Assembly (NCBI GenBank): GCA_951406725.2
Contig: OX597823.1
Coordinates: 11,532,001 to 11,596,000 of the forward strand
DNA length: 64,000 nt
Direction: 5' to 3'
Source of the DNA: Octopus vulgaris
Lineage: Eukaryota
The notes below the pieces were generated by a model that saw only the letters and a list, made by a program, of their open reading frames with translations, did not search any database and was not told the origin of the DNA. Numbering within the stretch: the stretch's first letter is position 1; the number at the start of each line of letters is the position of its first letter. The position numbers and the translations under genes were made by a program. Positions 13,463 through 26,620 of this stretch are shown here, in pieces.

Positions 13463-13517
<55 letters not shown>

Positions 13518-13935
13518 AAGTGTGCATATGCATATATGTGTATAAATGTATAGTCCCACCCATGGCAGCATGGAGGGCAGACATTAATGATGATATGCAT
13601 ATATGTGGGTGTATATATATGTTTGCATATATATATATATGTGTGTATATATATGCACAGTCATACATATGTATACATATTTGAATATATATTTGTATGA
13701 TACACATTTTATGTTACTCCATTTGTTGTGACCTGAATTGAATACCAGTGGGGTCATAGTGTAACCCTCTTTCCTCTCAGCTGTTGTATCTCAGATGTGT
13801 TTGAAAAATAGGTGTGGGGCCAAGATTATGTACCTTCTGGTTTTTGATTATGTTGGCACCTAAAAGAACTTGTGAAAATTTGGTACATCCTACCAATTGT
13901 ACTTGCCTGCACTTGTTTTCACTTTCATATCTATC

Positions 13936-13975
<40 letters not shown>

Positions 13976-14241
13976 TATGTACATTTCATGTAAATTCACT
14001 TTTTCACCCCTATTTATTGGCATAAACCTCTTCATGTTTCTTTATATTAATTCCATTTAATTATAAATGGTCATTTGTATCCTATGTAATTTAATTAAAT
14101 ATGAAATTTGTATGGAATTGAAATAATTTATTTGATTTAAATGAAAAAAAAGAATGAAAAATATTTGAAGTTTTGATGAAGATGTTTTAATATTGTGCAT
14201 TATTAAATCTCAGAATGAGATTGAAACAGTAATCGCTCGAT

Positions 14242-14381
14242 AATGTAAAGTATAGAAGCCATCTTAATATGGCTAACCACATAGGGGAGGGGTTGTTACT
14301 GTAGCTGGGGCTGTATAGCTACAGTAACACCCCCTCCCCTATGTGGTTAGCCATATTAAGTTGGCTTCTATACTTTACATT
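14242..14381. repeat. Hairpin with 65-bp arms made from a Helitron internal segment
   Basis: 14242-14306 pairs with 14317-14381 with 2 mismatches and a 10-nt loop; the sequence resembles 12234-12295. Confidence 0.9.
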
Positions 14382-14617
14382 TTAATATTGTATTATTCTT
14401 AAATATGATTGATGATAAATTGTGTTATTTAATTCAAAAATGAAAAAGGAATAACCTGTAAAATAGGAATGATTTCTTGAATAGCTTGCAACTACCAAGT
14501 TGTATCAGCAGAATCCCAATTGCAAATCTACAAAAGCTACTAGGGTTAGAAACAGTTAATGACAAAATAAATATAAATCCCAACTTTACAAGTAGGAATT
14601 TTCCTTTTTAAATCATA

Positions 14618-15108
14618 TCTTTATATATAAAAGTGAGGTTGTGTGCTGTCTGTCTCCTACGATTTAGATTCCTAACTACTCCCACATTTTGCGGTGCAGT
14701 GTAACCAAAACCGGGTATCTTATAGTTGTGATTCATATCGAGCCCTTCTGGGTATTAGCGCGCGTCTACGATGAGTCTACGATTTAAAAAAAAATATACC
14801 ATCATTTTTTCCATTTTAATGCATTTTTTTGCTATTATATAAGGGAAGTAACTCTCTAAAAATGTCTATGATGAGTCAACGATTTTTAAAATATTTACCA
14901 TCAATTTTTCCCATTTTTAATGCATTTTTGGCATATATAAGGGAAGTAACTCTCTAAAAATTTATTAAATCTCAGAACGTAAAAAGCTACAGTAACCCCA
15001 TCCTTTGTGGTTAGCCATATTGAGATGGCTATTATACTTTACATCTCTAAAAATGCTTATATAGTTATTTCCCTTACAAACCTGAGCAACGCTGGGCGAT
15101 ACTGCTAG
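14618..15108 (+). mobile_element. Non-autonomous Helitron, copy 2 (internal duplication of about 95 bp)
   Basis: a|TCTTTATATATAAAAG ... cctgagcaacgctgggcgatactgCTAG|t. Confidence 0.87.
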
Positions 15109-15576
15109 TCAAAATATAAATCTCAAGGTAGGTGCATGACTGTGTTGTTCAGAAGTGCACACTGCAAACCTGTGGTTCGTAATACAATTTCACTGCAGCG
15201 CCCATTGCCTTGCAAACGGAATTTGTCTGGAAACTATAGAAGCTAGTTGGTGGTGTATGCATGTCTATATTTATGGTTGTATTAAATGTATTTGATGGTG
15301 AAAACTAGTGTTGCATGCTTCTTACCATTTATAGTATCATGGTCTTTTGATCGATAGTGACATGAAATATTACAAGACTAAATCGTATACTTGGGTTAAT
15401 ATGAATAACATTGCTATTGATATTTTGAGGATGATGATCATGCGTGTGTGTATGTGTATATACTTGCTGGCATATGCTTGGTTCCAGGTTAAGTCCCACT
15501 AAAAGACACTTTGGTCTGTTACTATTGTCTCAGGATGACCTTGTAAGTGGATTTGGTAGACGGAAACTGAAAGAAA

Positions 15577-15807
15577 GGCGGCGAGCTGGCAGAATCGTTA
15601 GCACGCCGGGCAAAATGCTTAGCAGTATTTCGTCTGCCGCAACATTCTGAGTTCAAATTCCACCGAGGTCGACTTTCCTTTCATCCTTTCGGGGTCGATT
15701 AAATAAGTACCAGTAATGCACTGGGGTTGATATAATCGACTTGATCTGTCTGTCTGTCCTTGTTTGTCCCCTCTGTGTTTAGCCCCTTGTAGGTTGTAAA
15801 GAAATAG
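15577..15807 (+). mobile_element. SINE family B nested in an old family C element
   Basis: aactgaaagaa is duplicated on both sides. Confidence 0.85.
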
Positions 15808-16708
15808 GAACTGAAAGAAGCCGCCTGCCTAAGAAAGTAAAACATGCCTATGACATCCCTCCCCATAATTTCCTTTCAAAAGCTTGCGAATAGATCTACT
15901 TACCCACTCTCTCCAATTACAGTCCACTTCACTATATATATATCTTGTAACTTGAGTGTATGGCTCTTGCCGATTGTCTGTTACATCTTCAGCATCTTTC
16001 TCTCATCTCTTTACTTTCCTTCTGAGGAAGCCATGTTTCTCTTTTAATGCTAGACCTAATTCTGTCCCTCAATACTGCTCCTCTCAGTTGAGGGGTCTTG
16101 TCCTGCAAGTTGCTTGGGGACCGCACTAATACTGGTGCCACATAAAAAAGCACCCTGTACACTCTGTAAATTGGTTGGCATTAGGAAGGGCATCCAACTG
16201 TAGAAACCATGCCAAAACAAACAGCAGAGCTTGGTGTAATCATCTGACTTGCCTCTTCCTGCCAAACCATCCTACCACCCGTGCCAGCATGGAAAACAGT
16301 TAAATGATGATATGTGTGTGTGTGTGTCTGTGTTTATCCCCCACAATTGCTTGATAAGCTGTGTAGTTATGTTTACATTGTGATTCAGCAAAAAGACCTG
16401 ATAGAATGTGTGCGAAGTTGAAGAAAATGTAGTACTGGGGTTGATTCGGTTGGTTTGTAATGTGTAAGGAAGAATAGTGCAGCAGTATGGACATATGTAG
16501 GTGAGGACAGCCACACAAAAAGTGCTGATCACTTCATATGGATGGAGTTTGCAGAAGAAGGAGATCCCAGAAGACATGAGATGATGTCATGAAGGCTGAT
16601 CTCTGAGACCTTGAACCACTTGAAGGAGCTGATAAAAGACCAAAATGACTGGTGATATTCAGTTCTTCATAAGACCTGCCCATGTTGGTGAAACTGATAT
16701 ATAAACAA

Positions 16709-17109
16709 CTAGCAGTATTGCCCGGCGTTGCTCGGGTTTGTAAGGGAAATAACTATGTAAGCAATTTTAGAGATGTAAAGTATAATAGCCATCTCAGTAT
16801 GGTTAATCACAAAGGGGGGGGGGCGTACTGTAGCTTTTTACGTTCTGAGATTTAATAATACATTTTTAGAGAGTTACTTCCCTTATATAATAGCAAAAAA
16901 ATGCATTAAAAATGGGAAAAAATGATGGTAAATTTTTTTTTAAATCATAGACTCATTGTAGATGTGCGCTAATACCCAGAAGGGCTCGATATGTATCACG
17001 ACTATAAGATACCTGGTTTTGGTTAAACTGCACCGCAAAATGTGGGAGTAGTTAGGAATCTAAATGGTAGGAGACAGACAGCACACAACCTCACTTTTAT
17101 ATATAAAGA
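16709..17109 (-). mobile_element. Non-autonomous Helitron, copy 3
   Basis: Same termini and body as copies 1 and 2. Confidence 0.87.
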
Positions 17110-17978
17110 TATAAAGATTAAACTTGTTGCCTAATTCCTTCCTCAGAATATCACTATCACTCAATATCTCTCACTGCAGCATTCTGTTATTGTAATTATA
17201 TGAGAACAGGACACTTTACTTACTGTTCTGCTACCACTTACAATTCTCAATTCATGGAAACATTTCATTGTTAATACTGTCCTCTCCACCAACATTTTAC
17301 ATTGATTACTCTCCTGAGTCACAAAATTATCTTTACTTTCCTACACTGTAGATATCTCACTCTCTACCTTCTTACACTCTTACAACCTACCCAAACACAC
17401 ATTATCTGACTATCTATCTTTCTCTGAAAGACTCTCTCTCATTCTTCCTCTGTTAGTCATCTCTTTTCAGCTTCTTTGCCTCAGCTTATGTGTCATTGGC
17501 TACACCCCAACCTCATGTCTGCCATTCACTATATTCACCTCTCAACCCTCCTCAGTTGCTATAGCTGTCACCCTGTGTATCATCCCCTCAACCCTTGCTT
17601 ATTTTATAAACCACGTGACTCATTTCCCATGTCTAACCTCTCACTCACCCATATACTCTTGTAGCTTTGACCTACCCACAAACCCTGCTTTCATGTGGCC
17701 CCTCAATTCTACTTACATAATATTTTAAGGGTCCTCTCTCACACTTCAAAGACACCATTTTATCTCTTTCCAGTTCCACTCTGGTAGCTACTCTATAGCT
17801 ACACACTTATTCTTGCCCCTCCTCTTATACTTTACCCTTTATCTGGTGTGAAGCCATGTATGTGATGATAGTAGTCCCAGATGTGTGATCATGTGTAGAA
17901 CCAACAAGGTCTGCCATTGCTTTCCATTGCTGGTTGGGCCTGTACCAGCCCATCTGCATCCTTCAGGGTTGTGAAATA

Positions 17979-18328
17979 TCTTTATATATAAAAGTGAGGT
18001 TGTGTGCTGTCTGTCTCCTACGATTTAGATTCCTAACTACTCCCACATTTTGCGGCGCAGTTTAACCAAAACCGGGTATCTTATAGTCGTGATTCATATC
18101 GAGCCCTTCTGGGTATTAGCGCGCGTCTACGATGAGTCTACGATTTAAAAAAAAATTTACCATCAATTTTCCCCATTTTTAATGCATTTTTGGCATATAT
18201 AAGGGAAGTAACTCTCTAAAAATGTATTATTAAATCTCAGAACGTAAAAAGCTACAGTAACACTCTCTAAAAATGCTTATATAGTTATTTCCCTTACAAA
18301 CCTGAGCAACGCCGGGCGATACTGCTAG
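17979..18328 (+). mobile_element. Non-autonomous Helitron, copy 4 (internal deletion)
   Basis: TC...CTAG termini at A|T. Confidence 0.87.
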
Positions 18329-18484
18329 TGACTAATAATATTTTATCATATAATATATACATGTGTGAAATATGCCAGGTAGTCATTTACTATAGGTGTA
18401 AAATGTGGCTTTGTGAAGTATTGGTGGTGATAGGTATGTCATATATTATAATTGTAAAGCAGCAATGGTAATGTGTTATATGCT

Positions 18485-18700
18485 TTAACCCTTTAGCATT
18501 TAAACCAGCCATATCCAGCCCAAATATCCTACTTGTTTTTTGTTCAAACTGATCAGATCCAGCCTCTCACACCTACCCAACAATGTCATTCTAAAGATAG
18601 GCAATCACATCATGAAGATCTTGAATCTATGAGATGTTCATGTTTAATTTAAAACAATGTAAATTAATAAGCATTAGTTTGGCAGAATGCTAAACGGTTG
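18485..18700. mobile_element. piggyBac-like MITE, degenerate
   Basis: TTAA-CCCTTTAGCATT at the left end and AATGCTAAACGGTT at the right end. Confidence 0.6.
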
Positions 18701-18708
18701 AGATGAAA

Positions 18709-18940
18709 GGGTGGTGAGCTGGCAGAAACGTTAGCACGCCGGGCGAAATGCGTAGCCGTATTTCGTCTGCCGTTATGTTCTGAGTTCAAATTCCGCCAAG
18801 GTCGACTTTGCCTTTCATCCTTTGGGGGTCGATAAATTAAGTACCAGTTAAGCACTGGGGTCGATGTAATCGACTTAATCCATTTGTCTGTCCTTGTTTG
18901 TCTTCTCTGTGTTTAGCCCCTTGTGGGTAGTAAAGAAATA
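18709..18940 (+). mobile_element. SINE family B with 15-bp TSD
   Basis: ggttgagatgaaagg at 18697 and 18941. Confidence 0.9.
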
Positions 18941-19784
18941 GGTTGAGATGAAAGGTAGCTATTGGTACTTGTCATAGTTTTGTTGTGAAATTCAGTTGGT
19001 GGTAGATAATTCGTACAGCATTGACACTAAATTTATTAGTTGTTGGTGATTTGTATGTATTGTCTCTGGTTGTAGCTGTATTTTTCTACAATGCTGTGAA
19101 ATGTAGCTATGATTAAATGAATCATATGATAAAGGTGTTAATTATTGCTGGTGGTATGGTACAAGTGTAAAATATAGCTGGTGGAATACATTTTATATGT
19201 ATTGTAGTTATTGAACATATTCTATACTTAACATGTTGATGTGGTGGTTATCATGATGTTGTAATGTTATGTAACAGGCTAACCTAGAAGAATGGGAAAT
19301 GAAAATATAGTAATATACTGATGGAGTGAAGTTAGACATATGGAATCATGGCAAGAAATAGAAGTAGGGAAGGGATTCAGATGAATGAAGAACTAAAATC
19401 AAGAGTAAATGGCCAGAAACAATTTTTGTGGCCCATTTAAAATGTAGAGATGAGGGTATTGTGTGTTAACTCCTTTCCTACTGTCATAAATAAAATTACT
19501 ATTGACTATTGTACCACAAATTTTGGTTAGAACATCTAGGTATGGAAAAATAGTTATTATTAACATTACAAAACTGATAATTATTATTTGGCAGGATTAT
19601 TAATAACTTCAGACAAAATGGTTTTTGGTATTTCTTCCTGTTTTTTACATTCTGAATTCAAATCTTTTCAAGGTCAACTTTGATGTTTAATCTTTTTAGA
19701 TTGATAAGATAAAGTAATGCTTCTTCTGCCAAATTTCTAGCCTTGTGCCTATGTAAGAAATTGTTATTACTATTACTAAGCTAC

Positions 19785-20181
19785 TCTCTTTTACTTGTTT
19801 CAGTCATTTGACTGCGGCCATGCTGGAGCACCGCCTTTAGTCGAGCAAATCGACCCCGGGACTTATTCTTTTGTAAGCCCAGTACTTATTCTATCGGTCT
19901 CTTTTGCCGAACCACTAAGTAACGGGGACGTAAACACACCAGCATCGGTTGTCAAGCAATGCTAGGGGGACAAACACAGACACACAAACACACACATACA
20001 TATATATATATATATACATATATACAACAGGCTTCTTTCAGTTTCCGTCTACCAAATCCACTCACAAGGCATTGGTTGGCCCGGGGCTATAGCAGAAGAC
20101 ACTTGCCCAAGATGCCACGCAGTGGGACTGAACCCGGAACCATGTGGTTGGTTAGCAAGCTACTTACCACACAGCCACTCC
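19785..20181 (-). mobile_element. SINE family C
   Basis: Near-identical to 10611-11078. Confidence 0.88.
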
Positions 20182-20777
20182 TACACCTAGTGTACCTTTT
20201 TCTTGCAAAATGGGTTTGTTCCACTTAAAATTGGTGGCAGTGTTGGGACTATACTTTCATATGATATTTGGTTCTTACTCCTCTACATTTTGAAGTGGTG
20301 TGAAACCGTTACTTCTATTGATTCTGTCACATCAACTTTGCAGAGTTGATGTGGCAAAATACCAGGCATATAGTGTTGTGGATTGACGTATCTTCAGTTT
20401 ATAAAAAAAATCAAAATTCCTCATCATTTCTGTTTGTTGCTACATTCTAAATTCAAATTCTGCCAAGGTTGACTTTTGCTTTTCATCCTTTCAGAGTCGA
20501 TAAAATAAGTACCAGTTGAACACTGGGGTTGATGTAATCTACTTAACCCCTTTCCCAAAATCATCGCCCTTGTGCCAAAATTTGAAACCATTATTATATT
20601 TCAAAAATTTAAATCTTTCTCTAGAATTATATTATAGAAAATTTAATTTACTTCGAATGTATTATCACTTCAATCACTGTCTTCAAATATAAATTAAAAT
20701 AGGGGTATTTTTTTTTTATTGTTTTCTCCCATAAATTAATTGTTTTGTCTTCCCTTTTTTGTTTTCTGCATTATCAG

Positions 20778-20797
20778 AAAATCCTTCATCAAGCATA
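20778..20797 (+). CDS. Candidate 20-nt microexon, (E)NPSSSI, phase 1 to 0
   Basis: About 73 nt AG-free and pyrimidine-rich, ending ttttcTGCattatcAG; donor ATA|GTTAGC. Confidence 0.45.
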
Positions 20798-21069
20798 GTT
20801 AGCTGAAATGTTTAACAAAATTTGTAAAATAAGTTATGTTTGTTCTCTGTGAGGAAAAGGCAGGTTTGAGCTGAAAAATGCCGTTCAAGGCACTGCCCGA
20901 AACGTCAGAGCCTGCAGCTCTTAAACAACACACAAACTTCTGTTATTTTATAAATTTTATCAACTGTATTTTGCTAAATGCCCATACTAGCTTCCTCTAA
21001 TTCTACTTTTTATTTTTTTATTTTTTTTATTTATCTTTTGCAATTTTTCTTTCCTCTAATGCGTAATAG

Positions 21070-21079
21070 TTGTTAAGTG
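21070..21079 (+). CDS. Candidate 10-nt microexon, LLS(G), phase 0 to 1
   Basis: About 77 nt AG-free U-rich tract ending ctctaaTGCgtaatAG; donor GTG|GTAAAC. Together with 20778-20797 it totals 30 nt in frame. Confidence 0.45.
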
Positions 21080-21465
21080 GTAAACATCAGCTTTTTAATT
21101 AATATTCTAAAAGTGAGCTTGGCCTCTGTTAAGAGCCTAACCTTCGTATCAAAGTTAGCTGTTTTTAATAAACTCATTCACATAACAACCAGCAGATTGA
21201 AACCCTGTTTATTTTATATTCTTTCTGTTTTGTTGAACAAAATGATAGAATATTGTATTGTTTTTTAAAAACATTCATTAATCTGTATTCCATTACTCTT
21301 CAACAATGTTACTGCTTCAGTTGCCTTACTTCAAGAACTTGTCAAACTGAGATAACAAACACTAAACAACTTTCCAATTAAAATCTTATGCAGGCAATTT
21401 TCAAAACCTGTTTATTGCCAAAATAAATATTTTACAATGAAGCTGTGTATTATTAAGGATATTTA

Positions 21466-21511
<46 letters not shown>

Positions 21512-21532
21512 GTTATTATTATTGTTATTATT
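21466..21532. repeat. (ATT)n microsatellite
   Basis: Visible directly in the sequence. Confidence 0.95.
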
Positions 21533-22455
21533 TTAATTTGTTTTGTTCATTTTTTTTTTTTTTACTTGAATCTTCATCTTTAGAATGTCATTTATTAAAG
21601 TTACATTTTGGATTTTTGCATATTAAGACTGTTCTAATATGAACGCAATTCGTTGCTGATCTAATAATTCCTAATTTAATTTAATCTTAAAATTCCTATT
21701 GGGAGAAATTGGGGTTGGGGTGGATTTTTTTAGTTTTGGCTTGTGTGTTTGTAATTCCTTACTTTGTACTGTCACCAAGTCTATATCTCTGAAGATTTTT
21801 ACTATTCATAAGTTAGTTACAAATCTATATTTCAATTGTTCAGGATAAATATTAGTTTCCGTTAAGATTTATTCTCTCAGAAGTGACTTAACGACCTTGC
21901 TTTATTACTAATTGCATAGGTACAAATTCTTACCTTACCTCAGCCTTGATGCTGTTTCTTCTTTTGTTAGCATCCTTTTTGTCTCGGGAGACAATAGAGT
22001 TGCACATAAAATAGTCTAGTCCGGCTTTTTCTTCTAAACTACACATTATTCAACCTCTTTCAGTTTGTCCATGAAACAGTACTTACTTCAGAACTTGAAT
22101 TACTAGCTGTAAATTTATCTTTGTTTTACCTATTTAATTGTAAAATTCCTACCTTGTATGGAAGGCACAATTCTTGTGCAGTACTTAGTTATAGAATTGG
22201 GATACTACACATAATTTCTCTGTATCTTGTGTATCAGTTTCTGGTGAACATCATAAAGGTTCGAAATTGTTTACATATCTTTTTACATCTTTTCATGCTG
22301 AGTATAGTTTAGAGCATTTTACTCTTACATGTTATATGTGTATGTGTAAGCATGTATATGTACATACATATATATATATATATGTGTACTATACACATAT
22401 CGTGGAGAGGTATTTAAATGTGTGTGGATGAATGTATTTAAATATGCATATATAT

Positions 22456-22835
22456 CATCATCATCATCATCATAATCATCGTTTAACGTCCGTTCTCCAT
22501 GCTAGCATGGGTTGGACGGTTCGACTGGGGATCTGGGAAGCCAGAAGGCTGCACCAGGCTCCAGTCTTTTCTGGCAATGTTTCTACAGCTGGATGCCCTT
22601 CCTAACGCCAACCACTCTGTGAGTGTAGTGGGTGCTTTTTACGTGCCACCCGCACAGGTGCCAGGCGAGGCTGGCAACGGCCACGGTCAGATTGGTGCAT
22701 TTTACGTGCCACCGGCACAAAAGCCAGTCGAGGTGGCACTGGCTTCGGCCACGATTTGGATGGTGCTTTTTACGTGCCACCGGCACGGAAGCCAGTCAAG
22801 GTGGCACTGACTTCGGCCCAACACTGGCTTCGGCC
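22456..22835 (-). mobile_element. SINE-like family A with internal repeats
   Basis: (CAT)n start, family core, and three GGTGCTTTTTACGTGCCAC-type units. Confidence 0.85.
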
Positions 22836-23009
22836 TATCTGTACATATATATGTATAAATAGGTATACATAGGTATATATTTTGAAATCATTTAATATAA
22901 CCATTTCAAATTAATTTCCTATTATCTGTTGCACAGTAATCTGAAACCAATAGTAATTAAATGCTTTCTCATTATTATACAGTGTGAAGAAATTGAAAGG
23001 CAGTTTCTG

Positions 23010-23500
23010 GTAGGATACAAAGTAAATCAGGAGATAAATGAGGTCTCTGGCAGAAAGTCAGGATGCTCAAACTCTGGGTGTATCAGAGCAAAGATTAGGA
23101 CCATACTGGTTGAGAAGATTGATATTTTAAATTGATAGACTGAGTATATAGGGGATTTATACCATAATGTGAGTGTAATGTTGTTTAGTTTTCCTGACTC
23201 TAAGGAGGGTCCAAAGATCCTGCCATCATCAAAATGGTGAGGAAAAACAAATCTGTCGGACCAGATAGAATTGTCATTGAGATGATAAAAGCATTAGAAG
23301 AATATGGAATTAGAAAACTGACAAATGTAATGAACAAGATTTATGATGAAAGAAAATTTCCTGAGGATCTGAGTAAATCCATTTTTATTGCACTCCAAAG
23401 AAATGAGAAGTGGGGAGTGTGAACAACATCACATGATTAGTCTCATAAGTCATGTTACAAAGATCATTCTGAGGATGTTACTCTTGCAGAGAAGGAGAAG
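23010..23500 (+). mobile_element. RTE-clade LINE ORF2 fragment (RT N-terminus), pseudogenised
   Basis: KSVGPDRIVIEMIKALEEYGIRKLTNVMNKIYD..KFPEDLSKSIFIAL, then a frameshift to CEQHHMISLISHVTKIILRML. Confidence 0.85.
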
Positions 23501-23949
23501 AGTCTTAGGACAGGAAGCAGAAACATCACAACCATAATTTCTATGCTTTTGATGTGAAGAAAAAGAAGTTGGGGAGTCTCTTGGTGGACCTTTGTTGATT
23601 GCTTTTCAGAAATGCACCTGGTTTCCTTCCTCGGTCAATCTCATAATATATTCAAATGCCATATAAGGCACACATCAGTTAAGCTACCACCATGGTGGAT
23701 CTAATTTCTTGTTATTCAGGGAGATAGAAATTGATAGGAGGGTAGAATAGAGGTTTGGGCCAGCTTTTCTTTGTGTTCTTTCTCATTACATAAGTAGTAT
23801 GGTATAGTGAAAAGGAAATGTGGTGAGTGATATATAGGCAGGATTTGGATGAAATAGACAAGAGGGGCTGAAGATGAATACTTGGGTATAAAATAGGGAA
23901 AGACATGAGTATAGATATTAATTATACATCTCAGCATCCACCATTACTT

Positions 23950-25857
23950 CATCATTATCAATACATTTGGTATGCAGTCCAGGTGGTTATGTCTTCTCCA
24001 GTATTGCAATCTCCACTACTTTGTCATCTGCCTACCTCAAAATCTCCTTTCTACAGGTTCTGTCAGCCCTTAACACTTCTTTATACAGCTGTTGTCATCC
24101 ATATCACATCACATGTGCAGTCTTCTCTCTTGCACACTACATCTGATTTTTTTAGCTCCATTTGTATTTTGTCATTCATTCACAATAATGTCATACAACC
24201 AACAACACATGCTCACTTTATTTATTTCTGGTCTTCAGCAATCCTCTACACTCATAACCCACATCTCACTGACGTACAACATCACACTTCATATATATAA
24301 AGATATCACTCACTCTACTTTTTGTTCTAAAAGATATGTTATTTGTCACATGCAGAAGTAATAGCACTCTGAACTTGTTTCAACCCCTTCCAATTCTAGC
24401 TATTATTTGCCACTATATTTTCAGGACACCCACCCTGTTGTTAATTAGGTCATGTACATAAAACTATGCTATCGTCTATTTCTAAGGAGCCTTCTGGGCA
24501 TTTTAAGATAATTATTTATGCATGTACTCTAAGTGTTTTTTGCTCAACTCCTGCCATATAGAAATTATACCTTTTCTTTTAGCTTGGCTGTATCTCTCTT
24601 GACCTTGTCTGTAGTTTACATAGGGTACACTTATGATATTTTTACCTAGTCCTCCGCTGTCTTCTTCCCTAGATTTTATTCGGTGGCACGTAAAAAGCAC
24701 CATCCGTTCGTGGCCGTTTGCCAGCTCCGTCTGGCACCTGTGCGGGTGGCACGTAAAAAGCACCCACTACACTCACGGAGTGGTTGGCCTTTAAGAAGGG
24801 CATCCAGCCGTAGAAACACTGCCAGATCAGACTGGGCCTGATGCAGCCTTCTGGCTTCACAGACCCCAGTTGAACTGTCCAACCCATGCTAGCATGGAAA
24901 GCGGACGCTAAATGATGATGATGATGATGATGATCTCTTGGTAATTTTTTTTTTATGTCATCATCCATGTGCATTGCATATCCATACCAACATGTTTGTG
25001 TCTCATGCACACTGCATCAGATTATTCTCAACTCCTCTGCTTCGTTGTTCATGCACACTAATGTTAAGATATTCATCTGACCAAGCTTGTTTTTATTTCT
25101 CTCCCACTTTTGAAAAAACCTCTGCATTCTGTACCTACATGTTACTGTCATGCAGTGTTACATGAAAGGGAATCTTTTAGTTAGATGATGTAATGGTTCA
25201 CCGAGTTTCATCCAGCTTGGTCTTCTTTTGGCCACTATACTTTGAAAACATGCTCCTTGAGTTGCTTACTCAGGTAGCTTAAATTTTCTAGCAACATCTA
25301 TGGCACTTTTCAAGTATTGGAAAGGGTAGACTTTACTCGTACTCTATTAATTATGTGCATTGTGACATATAAAATGCTTATTCATTGTCAGCCTTCCTAT
25401 AATAATCCTTGTACATCTTGTGCATGCACACACCTCTTCAAGAACATTATATGGAACTTCTGCCTTTTTTCTTCTCTATATTATGCATGGCTATTTCCCT
25501 GGTGGTCCTGTCCTACCCTCATACCTCTTAATTCTAGGTTATGCTTCTTCTAAAATTTCTTGTATATCTCTCACAATATCCCTGATGAGTACTAGACCAC
25601 CAGTATATAGAAGTTCCCATGGACAGCTTGTTTTAAAATCTTCTCTCTTTACTCTTTTTACTCTTTTACTTGTTTCAGTCATATGACTGCGGCCATGCTG
25701 GAGCACCGCCTTTAATTGAGCAACTCGACCCCAGGACTTATTCTTTTGTAAGCCCAGTGCTTATTCTATCGGTCTCTTTTGCCGAACCGCTAAGTGACGG
25801 GGACATAAACACACCAGCATCGGTTGTCAAGCAATGCTAGGTGGACAAACACAGACA

Positions 25858-25903
<46 letters not shown>

Positions 25904-26620
25904 CATACATATATACGACAGACTTCTTTCAGTTTCCGTCTACCAAATCCACTCACAAGGCTTTGGGGTCGGCCCGAGGCTATAGCAGAAGACACTTGCC
26001 CAAGGTGCCACGCAGTGGGACTGAACCCAGAACCGTGTGGTTGGTAAACAAGCTACTTACCACACAGCCACTCCTGCGCCTGTTTCAATGATAAATAGAA
26101 GAGAACTGAGCTTGGATGAATTCCTACCTGCACACAACATTCCTTACTGAACCCATTGTCAGTTCTCACATGGCTGACTGCTTCTCAGTACATATTGCGC
26201 AATGCTCTCATAAGCCAGTATTTCCAGTGAATACTTCGAGACCATTAGGCTACAGCTTGTGGTATCCTTGTCAAATACCTTCTCGTTATCAACAGATTTT
26301 TGGAGAAATGTATTCTGAACTATATAATTCTCTTGTAGTTGTCTCACTAGGTAGAAAAACATCAGTAGCCCCTCAAGCTGCATCTAATCTAAGCTGATTG
26401 TCTTCCTAATCTGGTGTGCTATGTAATTTTCTGTTATTTTTATAACTTGGTAACCAGTTTGATAGACCAAGGTTCTTTCTAGAGCATCACCTTTGCTTTT
26501 ATAGTAGCTGATGATACAGCTGTCAGATAATGGGTATATCATCTACCTGTATTACATGATTGACTAATTAGCTTGTGTACTACTTCTCTACATCTTTCAC
26601 AAAATTTATCATATGTGTAT
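23950..26620 (-). mobile_element. Decayed RTE-like LINE interrupted by family A (24680-24933, +) and family C (25645-26080, -)
   Basis: On the minus strand VQVGIHPSSVL (about 26100-26150) continues across the SINE into FKTSCPWELLYTGGL (about 25590-25640), resembling GVHQGS...PWELLYADDL. Similar to 5560-6545. Boundaries are approximate. Confidence 0.7.

Noticed and set aside
21900-21925. AG|GT possible recursive splice site
   Set aside because: The donor (GTACAA) and pyrimidine tract are weak.
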